A DNA stretch of 64,000 nt from Vairimorpha necatrix (taxonomy: Eukaryota), in contig CP142735.1 in the NCBI GenBank assembly GCA_036630325.1, positions 682,001-746,000 of the forward strand, read 5' to 3'. Position numbers and translations under genes: made by a program. Positions 25,651-37,861 of this stretch are shown here, in pieces (positions within the stretch are counted from its first letter, which is position 1; every line of letters starts with the position of its first letter). The notes under the pieces were generated by a model that had not been told where the DNA came from, ran no database searches, and saw nothing but the letters and a program-made list of their open reading frames with translations.

Positions 25651-25711
25651 TAGATTAAAAAAAAAAAAAAAAAAAAAAAATAAGAAAAAACTTACATAAT
25701 AACAATCATCA

Positions 25712-26230
25712 TCATATATATAAAAGAATTTTATTTAATTTTTTACCCCTTTTTTTTGTAGTTTTGTAAAATCTAAACTTCTTATTTTAGGCTTTCTATG
25801 TTATTTAAATATCAAATATAAATTTATTGCTTTAATTTGACTATTCTAAGTGTGTATGTTATTAGTTAATACTTTTTAATTTTGATTATTATTTTTGTAA
25901 AACTCAGTTCCAAAATATCGTCAGAATCGTTTTTTAGAATTTATTTAACCCTTCTACGAAAAAAATTTACAAAACATTTAACCAATGATGATTTTAAAGA
26001 TAAAGGTCAAAAGCTGAGCTTTAAGAGTTTTAAACATATCTTATCAAGATTCATAAGTGTTTTCAACTTCATTTTACTGTTCAAATGTTCATAAAAAGTG
26101 GTTTTAAAACATAACATCTCCTTTTCAAATTCCATCTTCCTAAAGTGGAAATTGAAAAAAGATAAAGGAGGTACATATTATAAAACAAAACATTCAAATC
26201 CCGTTTTCAAAACGGGAAAGCATACGCTAG
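25712..26230 (+). mobile_element. Non-autonomous Helitron, tandem copy 1
   Basis: 5' TC after a host A (TCATATATATAAAAG); 3' hairpin CCCGTTTTCAAAACGGG followed by AAAGCATACG-CTAG. Confidence 0.85.
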
Positions 26231-26752
26231 TCATATATATAAAAGAATTTTATTTAATTTTTTGCCCCTCTTTTTTGTGGTTTTGTAAAATCTAAACTTC
26301 TTATTATAGCTTATTGTGTCATCTTAATATCAAATATAAACTCAATGAAGGATTTTGACTGTCATATGTGCGTGTACTGTATGTTAATACATTTTGATTA
26401 TAATTTTTTGTTTTGTAAAACTCAGTCCCAAAATATTGTCAGAATCGTTTTTTAGAATTTATTTAACCCTTCTAGAAAAAATTCACAAAAATATTAACCA
26501 AAGAAAAGTTGAATGTAAGTGTCAAATTTTGAACGTATAAACATTATAAAGTTATCAAATTGGATTTTATAGAATAATTTGATTTGAATCTATATTCAAG
26601 TTTTGCATTGGAAATGATTTTAATGTTGTCTAAAATTGCATTTCCCCTTTCTTTTCAAACCAAATATGGCAACTTAAAAAAAAATTAAAGGAGGTACATA
26701 CCATAAACAAAACAATTAAATCCCGTTTTCAAAACGGGAAAGCATACGCTAG
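26231..26752 (+). mobile_element. Non-autonomous Helitron, tandem copy 2
   Basis: Starts TCATATATATAAAAG directly after the CTAG of copy 1; same hairpin and CTAG end, followed by a host T; no TSD. Confidence 0.85.
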
Positions 26753-26789
26753 TTGATAAATAAAAGGATTTTTTTTTATCACCTTAAAA

Positions 26790-28087
26790 ATGATTCTTCC
26801 TCCCAGAAATGCTAGTGAATACAGTAATTTAAAATTAGTTTTACTAGGCAGGGACAATGAAGTTGTTTTAGAAAAGCAACAAAAAAAACGGTTGAAACAA
26901 AAAGCTGGTAATTACCTTCTTATAGATGGGGCGCTATATTTAAGGGACCGGGCTAATGGGAACCACCTCAAGGTTTTTCATAGTGAACAGCTTGAGGCCT
27001 TGGAAGTGGAATGTAGAGCTTTCCACCAGCTTCATCACGGGGGCGTTAACCGATTCGAAGCATCATGCAATAAGGTTTTTTTTAAAATTCCTAGGGACAT
27101 TATAAGAAAAATCGTTTCCGAATGCATCACATGTGTACAATCACAACCGTTAAAAAATAAAGAGCGCCAAGTACATATTACGGCCTCTAAACCGATGGAA
27201 CGAATTATGATCGATTTAATCGATATGACACGCTATAAAAGGTTTAACGATGGTTATTGTTGGATTTTAACAATAATAGATGTGTATTCTAAGTTTGCCT
27301 GGGCCTTTCCATTGAAAAGTAAAACAGGTGATGGGGTTACAAAAAACCTTAAATTTTTATTTTACAATATGACTGGTCCGCCCAAGGTCCCTTAAAGCGA
27401 AAATGAAAGGAATTTTGCAATTCTCATATAAATAACCTTTGTTCCGACCTTTTTATTATTCAAAAACATAGTAGGCCCCGTTTTCCACAATCAAACGGGC
27501 AAATAGAAAGGTTTGACCAAACTTTAACGCGAACAATACAAAAACATGTATTTGAAGAAAGTTTGTTTGCCGTTGACAATTCTAAAACTGAAGAAGAAAA
27601 GGTATGGCTGAAACATCTAAATAAAGTAGTCTACAACTACAATTTGGCCAAACATAGTGCGACAAAGCAGGTCCCGTTTAATTTATTCTTAAAAATACCA
27701 GGATTAAATTCTGTTTATATGCAAGATGAGAACGAGTCTATAGATGATAGCTTAAAAGAAATTGAAATGAATTCTTAGACAGTAAATAAAAGAGATTTGT
27801 CGAATAGTGTTTTTAAAGAGCAAACTGAAACTGGTTCAGTTGATAAAAATTACCTTGCAAGAGTGGATCGTCATTCATTGGTTCATATCTCAAAATATAC
27901 TTTTGAAATTGGTGACAAAGTCATTGTAGCTAAAGACTTTGATAATAATATCAAAACAAAAAAACTAAAATTATCTTCTTTTTTTAAAGAAGTTAAGATT
28001 ATAAAAATTCTCTTCAACAACAGAGTGAAATGTGAAACTGAAGAAGGAACTCAAATTTTCCCTATATCGGGGCTTAAAAAACTTTAA
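26790..28087 (+). pseudogene. Retroviral-type (rve) integrase/transposase of Ginger-like element 1, frameshifted
   Basis: H..HHGG...C..C zinc finger, MIDLID, IDVYSKFAWAFPL, PQSNGQIERF and YN..KHSAT motifs. Confidence 0.85.
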
Positions 28088-28685
28088 TTAAAATTCAAAT
28101 TTAAATTTTTTTGTGTTCTTTTTATTTCTTATTTTTTTTACGTTTTTTTTTTTTGGGGGGGTCAACGCTCGCGCGCCACAATAAATAAATTAAAAAAAAT
28201 TATTTTAGTTAAACAACTAAGACAGAAATGTACAAAATGTGGTTTAAATGAAGACAAATTATCAAATTAAACTGATTATACAAAATATAAGTGTCTAAAA
28301 TGTAAGTATATATGTTGACGTTGGCCGAAATATGAGGTTTAAAAGTATTCTTTTTATTATTGGCCCATCTCCGAATTTCGAAGATGTTTTTTTATAAATT
28401 CTAAAACATTGTTTCGGAATTTTCTTGTTTCAGATGTCAATAAGACAATCTGAATCGTCCGGACTATCCGACGTCTACACATGTGAATGTTTCAAAGAAC
28501 ATATAATGAAATTTTACTTCTTTATTCGTCTATAAAAAACCTATATTTAAAAAAATACTAATTTTTTTTTCATAGTAAAAAATAATAATAACCAAACCTA
28601 AAATCTTTTTTAACAACATAAAATGTTTAAAACTTCTATCAGCATTGTAATAATTATGTGACATAAGAAAAAGAATATTTTTATG

Positions 28686-30057
28686 GGTGCTTCTCCCTTT
28701 TGCTGCCCTATTTTTTGGGGATAGCAAAACGGAAAAAAGGCAAAAATATAAAATTTTTATTTTTTTAAAAAAAAAGTCTCCGAAATGACAAAAAAAATTA
28801 GAATTTTAGACATTATTCGTTTTCAAAGCTTGCCTCGTGTAAAAACTACATGATAGAAATTGGAATCTTTAATCTGACTAGACGATGTGGTTCTTGTGAT
28901 CATGTTGCAGGAAAGCTTGAATTATTATTGGAAAAGGAAAGTAAAGATTAGTTTATAGGTGTTCCTGGCGAGAATGCAGGGCAAAGAACAGCTTTTTAAC
29001 TGTCATCAAGTTATTATTTGAAATTTATCTTTTTAGTGTATTCTTGGTCCTTTGTAACAGCAATAAGATTAATTATATGTTTAACGGAGGTGTCAAATGA
29101 CACTAATTTAAAAATAAAGCTTGAATGAGGGAATATATTAGAAAGAGATTGGAAACCGATTGCAAAATCGGTGGATCGGGAGTTCAAATCCAGGTTGATG
29201 AAACTGTATTATGTAGAAGATAAACTATTAGAGTTCGTCTATAACTGATGACGAAGCAAAAGATACTGTATGGATTTTAGGGTTGATACAAGCTGTAAAC
29301 TGACAAAGTTTTTTTGTAGTACAAGTTCAAGATCGCAAGATAAATACTCTAGCAAGGATAATATGAGATAGAGGCTCGCCACTTACCATTATCAGTTCTT
29401 ATTTCTAATGATTATCCTAGTTTTCCCGGCGACGAAACAAATCTAAAACTTGAACACATTATTGCAAATTATTCAATAAGATTTCTAATGAAAAAATATT
29501 TCATACTGACGTAATCAGAGAGACTACCTCTGAATAAATAATCTTCTAAATTATTAATTACTTTGCTATTAAAAGTTCTATTGGCACGTTTGGCATCTCT
29601 TATTGGAGCCTGGTCCCTGGCTTCGTCGCCATTTCTTGGTCGTAGGTTCCAAGGGCATTGATCGTTCTTGTGTTTCATGATACAGTGGAGGTCAGGGCAA
29701 AAAAGAAATAAATGTTTTTTTTTTTAAATAGACCGGTTGAAAGGTCTATTTTCTAAAACGGGAAGTTGATAAAATGAAAAAAATTAGTTTGTGTTTTTTG
29801 TATTACTAAACATACTAATAACATTTAATATTTTGCTCTGGTATGAAATCAGAAATGACTTAACAGCACGGAGTAAAGCGTGTGTATACTGGGTTATGGC
29901 TCAAAAAATTTACTTCTAGAAAAAAAATTATTAATAATGTAAGGAAGAACGAGGAAATGGAAGCTTTGATTGATTTTATCAAATTTAATTTTAGCTATTT
30001 TTTTTATTTTTGCTGCCCCCCCCCCAAAAAAAAGGGGTAGCAAAACGGAGAAGCGCC
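28686..30057 (+). mobile_element. Degenerate Merlin/ISXO2 DNA transposon
   Basis: TIRs GG(T/C)GCTTCTCC(C/G)TTTTGCT; 8-bp TSD TTTTTATG (28678-28685, 30058-30065); remnant KIGGSGVQIQVDETVLCRR..WILG. Confidence 0.85.
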
Positions 30058-30550
30058 TTTTTATGTATTTAGATATATATTTTAACACAATTTAGAAAAA
30101 GTAATTGTATAATTTGTTTTATTCTTATGTAATACATATAATATAGTCAAATAAGAACTTATAAAAACTATTTTTTGTACTTTATAAATTATTGATTTTT
30201 TCCTCCTTTTTTTACGTTTTAGTTTTCCAAAAAATAGGATATTTTTAAAATTGGTATATATATTCATGGGGGACTAAAGTGGAAATTGGCCTAAGTTTTT
30301 TTTTGCTTTTTATTGGTAAAATTAAAATTTTAATTTAAAGGGTGTACAAATCTTTGAATGTCAATTTTTTCAACGCCTGTCAACAGTTTTGGCGTTGAAT
30401 TTTATAAAAATAAAAATTTGACATGTCAAAAAAAAAAAAAGTAGCTTAAGTTTGCTTATTTACCGTAATTTTTTAAAGTAAAAAAAAAATTATAATTTAA
30501 CTATAACTCCTTTTTTTTATATAAATAAAAAAATCATAATCAGCCCCAAA

Positions 30551-32407
30551 ATGGAAAGAGAAGCCAAAACACTTCAATTTGAAAATCTTTATTACGACGT
30601 ACCAAATGTAGATCCAAATATACATGGTCCATACGCTGAGATTTTGAAATCTTTATCTGGGAAAGTTGAATCTGGGAAACTTACAGCGGTCCTTGGCTCT
30701 AGTGGATGCGGTAAAACTCATTTTCTTAGAATGCTTGTTGGAGATATTAGTGGAAAATCAAAGACATTTGGTAGAATTTTATACAATGGTGAAGAAAGAG
30801 ATCCAGAAGAATGGAAAATGAAGTTTTCGTATGTTCCTCAGGATGATATATTTTATCCTGACTTATCGATTTATGATCATATGAAATATTATATGTCACT
30901 TGGTGAAGCAAAATATCGAGAGTTTGACGAACGTAAAGCCGACAAGATACTTGACGGATGCGCGATATTGCACAAAAAAAATAGTCTCGTTGGATCACTT
31001 TCAGGAGGTGAACGTAAAAGAGCTTTGATCGCTATCTCTATGATTAATGATCCAGAAATTTTGATTTTAGACGAGCCTACAACTGGGTTAGATTCAAATA
31101 CAGCATTAGAAATTATTTACACCTTAAAAAAATATGCACAGGATTATAATTGTATGGTTATATCTACAATTCATCAACCTGGTGCCGGTCTTTTCAGCTA
31201 CTTTGATGATTTAATTGTATTAGTTAAATTAGGAGTATTTTATATTGGGCCATATAAACAATTAGAATCTTTTTTGGTTGAAAATGGGATCTCTACAGAA
31301 TCAGACTTATCGTTGCCTGAATTATTGTTTGTTATTATATCTGATCATTCTCTTCTTCCCGAAGCTAAAAAATATAAATCGAATGTTAAGAAAATTATTG
31401 AAAAAAATAAGCAATCATGTAGAAATGAAAATACCCCTACAATATGCAATAACTACAAGACTCTTACTTTTAAACCTAAATTATATGATAGTTGGAAGGT
31501 GATGAAACATTCCTTTGATACTACCTATAACAAAAACAAATCATATTTTGTTACAGTTTTAATAGCTTTTATTTCAATCTTATTTATTTTATTGGAGCCA
31601 ATTCTGCATTTCTTTATATCCCTTTCATATAATTATTTAGAACTAAATGAAGAATTGAAAAAATGTTCTTATGATCAAATATTCAGTTTAAGTTTTGGTA
31701 TAGTTAATCATTTATATAGTTTATCTCATGTTATTTGGGTGTTTTATTCGCACACAAATGTATGGAAGTACAACGAGTATTTTGCTCCCGAATATTTGAA
31801 CGGCAAATACACATATGGTACGTATTTTATGGCAATGCTCTACTATTCTTTAATAAGAAATTTTATGTTCTTTTTTCCTAAGTTCTGTTGTTTTCTTTTA
31901 TTTTATAGAAATTTTTTGTTCCACCCACTAGTCTTTTTAGTTTTTACTGTCTCTACTATCATTAATATTTTTTTATACACTTGTATGTCTATTATTATTG
32001 AATATAATAGGGTATTTTGGTACATATATATGGTGTTAATGAATATATCACAATTTAACAGTGTAGAGAATGAGCTATACTATGATGATCCCATTGCTTA
32101 CCTGTCATCAATCTTCCCAATATTTAATTTTAGACTTTTTTTAAGGATGAGATGTTTTGGATTATTGGAAAAATTTAAGAATGCGCCAGCAATTTCTAAA
32201 TTTCTGAGTAAAACATTCGTTGAAAAAATTATCAGGTACTCATATGAAGAAGGTGCAGAAAATACTATTATTTACAATACTTTTGGCAAATGGGCAGATT
32301 TTATTACAATTTTCACTATGTTTGGATCTTGTTTATTACTGATTGGTGTTGTGACAGTACTTTTTAAAATCAACAGGATCCCTTATATGAGATTTAAATT
32401 ATCATAA
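30551..32407 (+). CDS. ABCG half-transporter, paralogue of 21651-23516
   Basis: Same NBD motifs (GSSGCGKT, LSGGE, ILILDEPT, IHQP) and TMD layout; CCCC motif before the ATG. Confidence 0.95.
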   Translation: MEREAKTLQFENLYYDVPNVDPNIHGPYAEILKSLSGKVESGKLTAVLGSSGCGKTHFLRMLVGDISGKSKTFGRILYNGEERDPEEWKMKFSYVPQDDIFYPDLSIYDHMKYYMSLGEAKYREFDERKADKILDGCAILHKKNSLVGSLSGGERKRALIAISMINDPEILILDEPTTGLDSNTALEIIYTLKKYAQDYNCMVISTIHQPGAGLFSYFDDLIVLVKLGVFYIGPYKQLESFLVENGISTESDLSLPELLFVIISDHSLLPEAKKYKSNVKKIIEKNKQSCRNENTPTICNNYKTLTFKPKLYDSWKVMKHSFDTTYNKNKSYFVTVLIAFISILFILLEPILHFFISLSYNYLELNEELKKCSYDQIFSLSFGIVNHLYSLSHVIWVFYSHTNVWKYNEYFAPEYLNGKYTYGTYFMAMLYYSLIRNFMFFFPKFCCFLLFYRNFLFHPLVFLVFTVSTIINIFLYTCMSIIIEYNRVFWYIYMVLMNISQFNSVENELYYDDPIAYLSSIFPIFNFRLFLRMRCFGLLEKFKNAPAISKFLSKTFVEKIIRYSYEEGAENTIIYNTFGKWADFITIFTMFGSCLLLIGVVTVLFKINRIPYMRFKLS

Positions 32408-32976
32408 TAAATAATTTACTCTATTTTGTAAAGCTCCTTATATTTTTACCCCCCTCCCCCCGCCCTTTCCGTAGTTTTGTAATTTCCGAACTAAATGTTT
32501 GGGTTGTTTTGTAAATAATAGTAAACATTGTTTAAGAGAACCGTTACAAAATAATACAGTGTTTCAGAGATTTCCCAGGGGGTTCTTTATTGTAAATTTT
32601 TCTACAAAATTTCATATATTTACTGTATTATAAAAGGTTTTAATTGGTTTTCTTGACCTTCTTTTTAGTATTTTGAAATCCTCGATCTATTCATTTTAGT
32701 CTTTTTATGTTACACAGGATTTAATCGTTATTGTACCATGTTTGAATTTCTATATTGCTATAACATTAGAATTTTATATCAACTAAAAAAAATTTAATGG
32801 AAGTCTTTGCTTGCTTTTGCCTTTTCTAGTCAGCCTATCATATATATAACCCGGGATACTGACGGCTATAATTTAAACTTAAAATATTCTTAAGACTTGT
32901 TTAAATCATACTTTCTATAAATGAAAAGATGAAAATCTTGATTTGAGCTTCGAAAAGAATTTTTCGATGGTATTTA

Positions 32977-33546
32977 CAGGGGTTGCATTTTTAGTTCAAC
33001 TTTTCCATTTTTTGTAGCTCTACTTTACATTTCTATAGTCCTACTTTTACATTTTTATAGCTCAACTTTGCATTTTTATAGTCCACTTTTTGAAAATAAA
33101 AACCTTTTTATATGCCTAGTGAAGCTAGAGCAACAGTCACACCGGGTTGCAAATTTTTATCATTCAAGAGATGTTTTAGGATAACTAAGAGAATTGGGTA
33201 TTTCTTGCGTTTTTTTGCCTCCATATTTATCACATCTGAATAATATTAGAAATTTTTTTCTAAGATAAATTGAGATTTTGTGCTATACGCATTTTAATAA
33301 TACAATAGAAACAGATTTAGAACAAATTCCAGAAAATGATTTATGCTTATCGTGTAATTGATTCTACAATTTTATGGTATGATGCTAGAAATGGCAAGGC
33401 GAAACATGAATTTATATAATTTAATGAGATTGTATATATTTTACACATATTTATATTGATGGTTCGTTATAAATTAAATTCCGGTTTTTTATAATTTGCA
33501 AAAGTTGGACTAAAAATGCAAAAGTTGGACTAAAAATACAAACCCG
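32977..33546 (+). mobile_element. Internally deleted non-autonomous derivative of the Tc1/IS630-like element at 57288-59166
   Basis: TA-flanked CAGGGGTTGCATTTT left end and ...GTTGGACTAAAAAT.CAAACCCG right end. Keeps the transposase start (MPSEARATVTP) fused to its C-terminus (..HSR.VL..LRELGIS). ~21-bp subterminal repeats. Confidence 0.8.
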
Positions 33547-33618
33547 TAAAACACTTCCAAAAGAGGGATGGGAATAAAAATAAGCACATTGACAATATAT
33601 ATATATAATCAAATAAAG

Positions 33619-36013
33619 GGCGCTACTAAATTATCTCGGCCACTTTTCAAAAGAGGGGTAAAAAAAATAGAAAGTTGGTAGATAGAAAATTTTTAAAAAA
33701 AATAGAAAAAAAACTGAATTAAAATTTAAAATATTGATTAAAATTTTAATTGGAAGATGTAGAAAAAAGTAATTATCATAAAGCAGGCTAAAAGGAGGGG
33801 TTTAGGGTCATAATTATTTATATTTCTTTTTGTCCATACGAATTCATTTTAAAATATTTGGATTCTCTTTTTATTTACACCACCTCGTGCTCGATATTGC
33901 TGCTTCAAATGAGACCACAGGTTTTCAATCTGATTGGTGTTTGTTCGTCCCTGTGTGCTAAACCCTTCACTGTGATTAACAACGTAGTGAACTGATCCAA
34001 ATTAACGCACTGCCCATGGATACGAAGGATATTCATCTGTTACTAATATAGAACCCGCCCTACATATTGTTTAAAAAACTCATATATTGTTTCTTTTTTT
34101 CTGTTTGGAATTATTTTTAAAACAAAATTTCTGAAATTATCCTTCTCTACGCCGCCTAAAATCCATTGTATCCCAGGAATATCATCATCTACACTTGATG
34201 GGTTCTCGCTTATTAACCCATTACAGATAGCAATTTCGTCGAATTGTACTTCGAGCTATCACCGCCAATCTGTTTTTCCTCTTGTTCTCTTTCCCTAATC
34301 AGTTCATCATTTATGTTTTTTTAGTTTTATGTAGGTTGGCTCAGATATTTGACATAAATTTACTGCGTGATAGCTGCTGGCGTTAAAAATCCAGCAATGT
34401 ATTCCTTTTAAAACTTTGTTTGCATCAATTCTTATTTTTTCTAACTTTGAATTTCCTTATGGATATCCTTCTCCTACATGATGTGTTGACACATGGGAAA
34501 ACTTTCCCGTCTAGTGCTTTTCTCTTGGTTTGCAAGCGATTAGCACTACCACACTTATCACAAATAAGAAAACTTTGAAAAATATTATGTCTTGTGAAAA
34601 ATTCCAATGCTCTTTCGTTGTTTTGGAATATTTCGTAGGAGAAGTCTAAGCTTGTTAGCTCGTCAATAAGTCTTTCCATGTTTAGGGCGGATTTTAACCC
34701 TTTTTTTCATTTTCACCTTTATTCAATTATCTCGGCCAAGAAAAAGTTCCCCTTGGAATTTGAACGAATTATATATTTTTTGGTTAAATTGCGATGTTAC
34801 CCCCCCCCCCCACCCCTAAAAAAATAAAAAAAAGGGGAAAAAATAAAAAAAGGGAAAAAATAAAAAAAAGGGGAGAACTAAAATTTTAGAAAACTAATAT
34901 ATAAAAAAGAGGAATTATTTTTATTTCTTCTTGAAAAAAATATATTAAAGGTGCCAATGTGCAATAAGTGCATGACTCCCATGACCAAAATTAGAAATAA
35001 TTTGGACAAATATCGTTTTTCCTGACGAAATGGGAGAAAATGCTCAAACGAAGGTAACATTTACAAAGAAAGCATTTTTAAAAGTTCTAGATTAGATATC
35101 GAAGATCTTTCAATTTTGCTGTGTGAATGGGTTAAAGGTGTAAGCAATGTTTCGGCTACTATCGAATTGGATATAGATAGTAGTACCGTATCTCGCTGGT
35201 TTACGCGTTTTAATACCGCTGTATTCTTATCCTATTTCGACTACATAAAAAACAAAACCATAGGAGGTTTAAACTGCGTAGTTGAAATAGACGAGACATT
35301 GCTTGTTAAAAGTAAAAACCATAACGGTAGAATCCTTCAATACCAAGTTTGGGCCGTTGTGGAGTTGTAAGAGGAGACAGCAATTCTTTTTTTTCGAAAT
35401 TGTTGAAAATCGATCAAGAAATACTCTTGTCGAATTAATAAAACGAAAAATCGCACCTGGATCTACAATTATTACTGATTGTTGGCGGGGTTATGAAGGG
35501 TTTTCGGAACTATGTCCGGAATATAACTATTTACATTTAACTGTAAATCATAGCCAAAATTTTGTAAATCCAACAACAGGCGCCCACACCCAAACAATTG
35601 AGGGAATGTGGTCTGTAATTAAAAGGGAATTGCGCAAAGAAGGAACAAGCCATGGTTCTTTAATGAATTTAATTCGAAAACTTTATATAGCTCGTTTTAG
35701 GTTAATTTATAGAGAATCACTACTTGAAAGAATGTTGTGCTTTTTTGAAGTTCAGAATATATGGTTTTTAAATTACGATTTGGCCCCTGAATTTGATTTT
35801 GAATTAGTTGAATAAATTTTAGTTTTGTATTTTTTTTTATTTTTTCCCCTTTTTTTATTTTTTCCCCTTTTTTTTATTTTTTCCCCTTTTTTTATTTTTT
35901 CCCCTTTTTTTTTATTTTTTTAGGGGTGGGGGGGGAGGGGGGTAACATCGCAATTTAACCTATTTTTTTTTACCCCTATTTTCACCCCTTGGCCGAGATA
36001 ATTTAGTAGCGCC
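33619..36013 (-). mobile_element. Merlin/ISXO2 transposon (outer), containing a nested Merlin
   Basis: Perfect TIR GGCGCTACTAAATTATCTCGGCCA; 8-bp TSD AAATAAAG (33611-33618, 36014-36021). Broken transposase from 34679 (C..C...C...C) to ILVTDEYPSYP..HYVVNHSEGF..TNQIENLW. Confidence 0.92.
34782..35960 (+). mobile_element. Merlin/ISXO2 transposon (inner)
   Basis: TIR GGTTAAATTGCGATGTTACCCC plus subterminal (A6TA7GGG)n repeats; 8-bp TSD TATTTTTT; transposase VVEIDET, IITDCWRGY, HLTVNHS and HTQTIEGMW with frameshifts. Confidence 0.92.
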
Positions 36014-36829
36014 AAATAAAGCATTCATCATAAATTTTTTTTTATTTAACTTTATTTAAGAAATAGTTAGTATAGAATTCATGGGCAATCCAAAGCTCTC
36101 CTAGTTATTATAAAATTACTTTCAAATGTGGATTTTAATTTATTTACGAAAAATACTTTATAAAGATTGTCGGAGATAGTCTGTAAATTCATTATTGATA
36201 ATTCTAACAAAAATTTAAAGTTGTATGAACTTCTCAACATTCCATAGACGACGATGGCCCTTTGATCTAACACACATGCAATTTGGGTTGCGGCCTCAAT
36301 GTGTTGGAACCTGTTTAATAGCATTAATTAATCTAGGTGGATATTCACAATATTTTGTCAAAGGCTTTTGGTGAGATCGTCAAAGTAAATTAGGTTTATA
36401 GCTGTTTATACTATAATATTAGATACATAATGATGCGCTGATTAATATTTTCTTTTGGATTTTTTTTGTAAGAACTTTTCATGTTATTCCCCAAATCCTA
36501 AGTTTTTTGCTTTTTGAAGAAATAGAACAATAATCACCAGCCTTTTATTGCATATAAACTGCAATGTCTTTGATATAACATCATTGTAGCATCTACAAAA
36601 TTTTAAATTATCAAGCCCTCCGGCTTATGAGGTCTGAGTGTTGCAGCAACTTAGATAAAACAATTTCTTGTATTTGTTTGAATTTCTGACTTCTCGGTTT
36701 TTTTGTTGGCTGATAAATTTGTGTGCAAAGGCTTCTTATACTAGATTTTTTAAAGTCATTTTTCGTCTTTAATAAAGTCTTGACCGTTTTCCGAAGATCT
36801 GGCACAACGGAGGATCTAATTTTTCTTGG

Positions 36830-37215
36830 GATTTTATATGTGGGGAGACATGTGGGAGACTAGTGGTAAACGCAGTAAAATAAAATGTCACATTGTTTAT
36901 GTGATGGTGAGAGGAGCGTGTGTGCGATGCCGACGATTGTAGGGACAATTAGGCTAGTGCAATGATGTATTTCCTCGGGGTATTCAAACAACTTCCATTA
37001 AGCTATCTGTTGTGAGATATATCTAGACGATTTAAGATAAAGATTGAAAAAAATTCTCCTAGAGCAAAAGTCATATCAATATGGCGAATCTTACTGCACA
37101 GAAAGCTCATAGAGTAAATTTTAGTGAGTAAGAATCCACAAAACCGGTTGAAATATGATCAACACAAATCTCTCGATCTATATAAAGTCTTTCCCCTACC
37201 TCTTCTTGCAATAAA
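36830..37215 (+). mobile_element. 5'-truncated or eroded copy (D) of the SINE-like family
   Basis: GTGGGAGACTAGTGGTAAACGCAG, GATTGTAGGGAC, TTTTAGTGAGTAAGAAT and CCCTACCTCTT.TTGCAA match the 3' half of 59846-60644. Confidence 0.75.
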
Positions 37216-37379
37216 TAAATAGGCATTTTAAAAGAAAGTTTTTAAAAAGGGCACAACGGAATATAAAATCAAACAACGTAGGCTAGAAATTTTAAACATT
37301 CAAAAATAAAACTTCAAGAAACTGAGAATAAAAAGTTAATCATGTAAATTGATAATTTTGATTGCGTATACTTGTGCTA

Positions 37380-37861
37380 ACCCTTTTTTTTTCAATCTTT
37401 GTTTTTGTAGAATCGATTCAAAAACAGCATTAAAATCGTTTATAAATGTTTAATCACCCAGAAAAATTTCTAACAACGTTTTAACATTAAAAATTCCAAA
37501 AATGTGCATTTAATTGGCCTAAAAGAATTTACAATCATTTCATATTATTTATACTTTTTTAAATCATTTTATCATTGGGTATTTACTCTAAAAGTACAAC
37601 CCGTCTTTTCTAAAACCATAAATGTTCCTTTAAAAAAACCTTTTACAAAGCTATTAAGATTAAGAAGAAGAGATATTTCCAAGATATTTATGTCGTAACC
37701 TCTAAAAACTAATCAATCATCTTTAGAAAATTGGACAATTTGATTGGTTACTAAGCCATTAAAAATCATTTCCAAAAGAGGAGGTGCAAAATACTTGTGA
37801 AACAATTGACAATGTAAACATTTACCTTGCTCCGTTTTTAAAACGAATAATCATATGCTAA
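37380..37861 (+). mobile_element. Possible eroded Helitron related to 25712-26752
   Basis: Ends AGGAGGTGCA...CCGTTTTTAAAACG..CATATG-CTAA|T, resembling the 3' end of the tandem Helitrons; 5' boundary unclear. Confidence 0.4.

Larger units (their letters stand above)
25377..28180 (+). mobile_element. Integrase-only TIR DNA transposon (Ginger2/TDD-like) no. 1, containing two inserted Helitrons
   Basis: Perfect TIR TGTGGCGCGCGAGCGTTGACCCC at both ends; 5-bp TSD ATAAA (25372-25376, 28181-28185); retroviral-type integrase without RT or gag. Confidence 0.9.

Noticed and set aside
29469-29700. Minus-strand 69-aa ORF inside the Merlin at 28686-30057, possibly the 5' end of another element
   Set aside because: No diagnostic motif, TSD or second copy to classify it.
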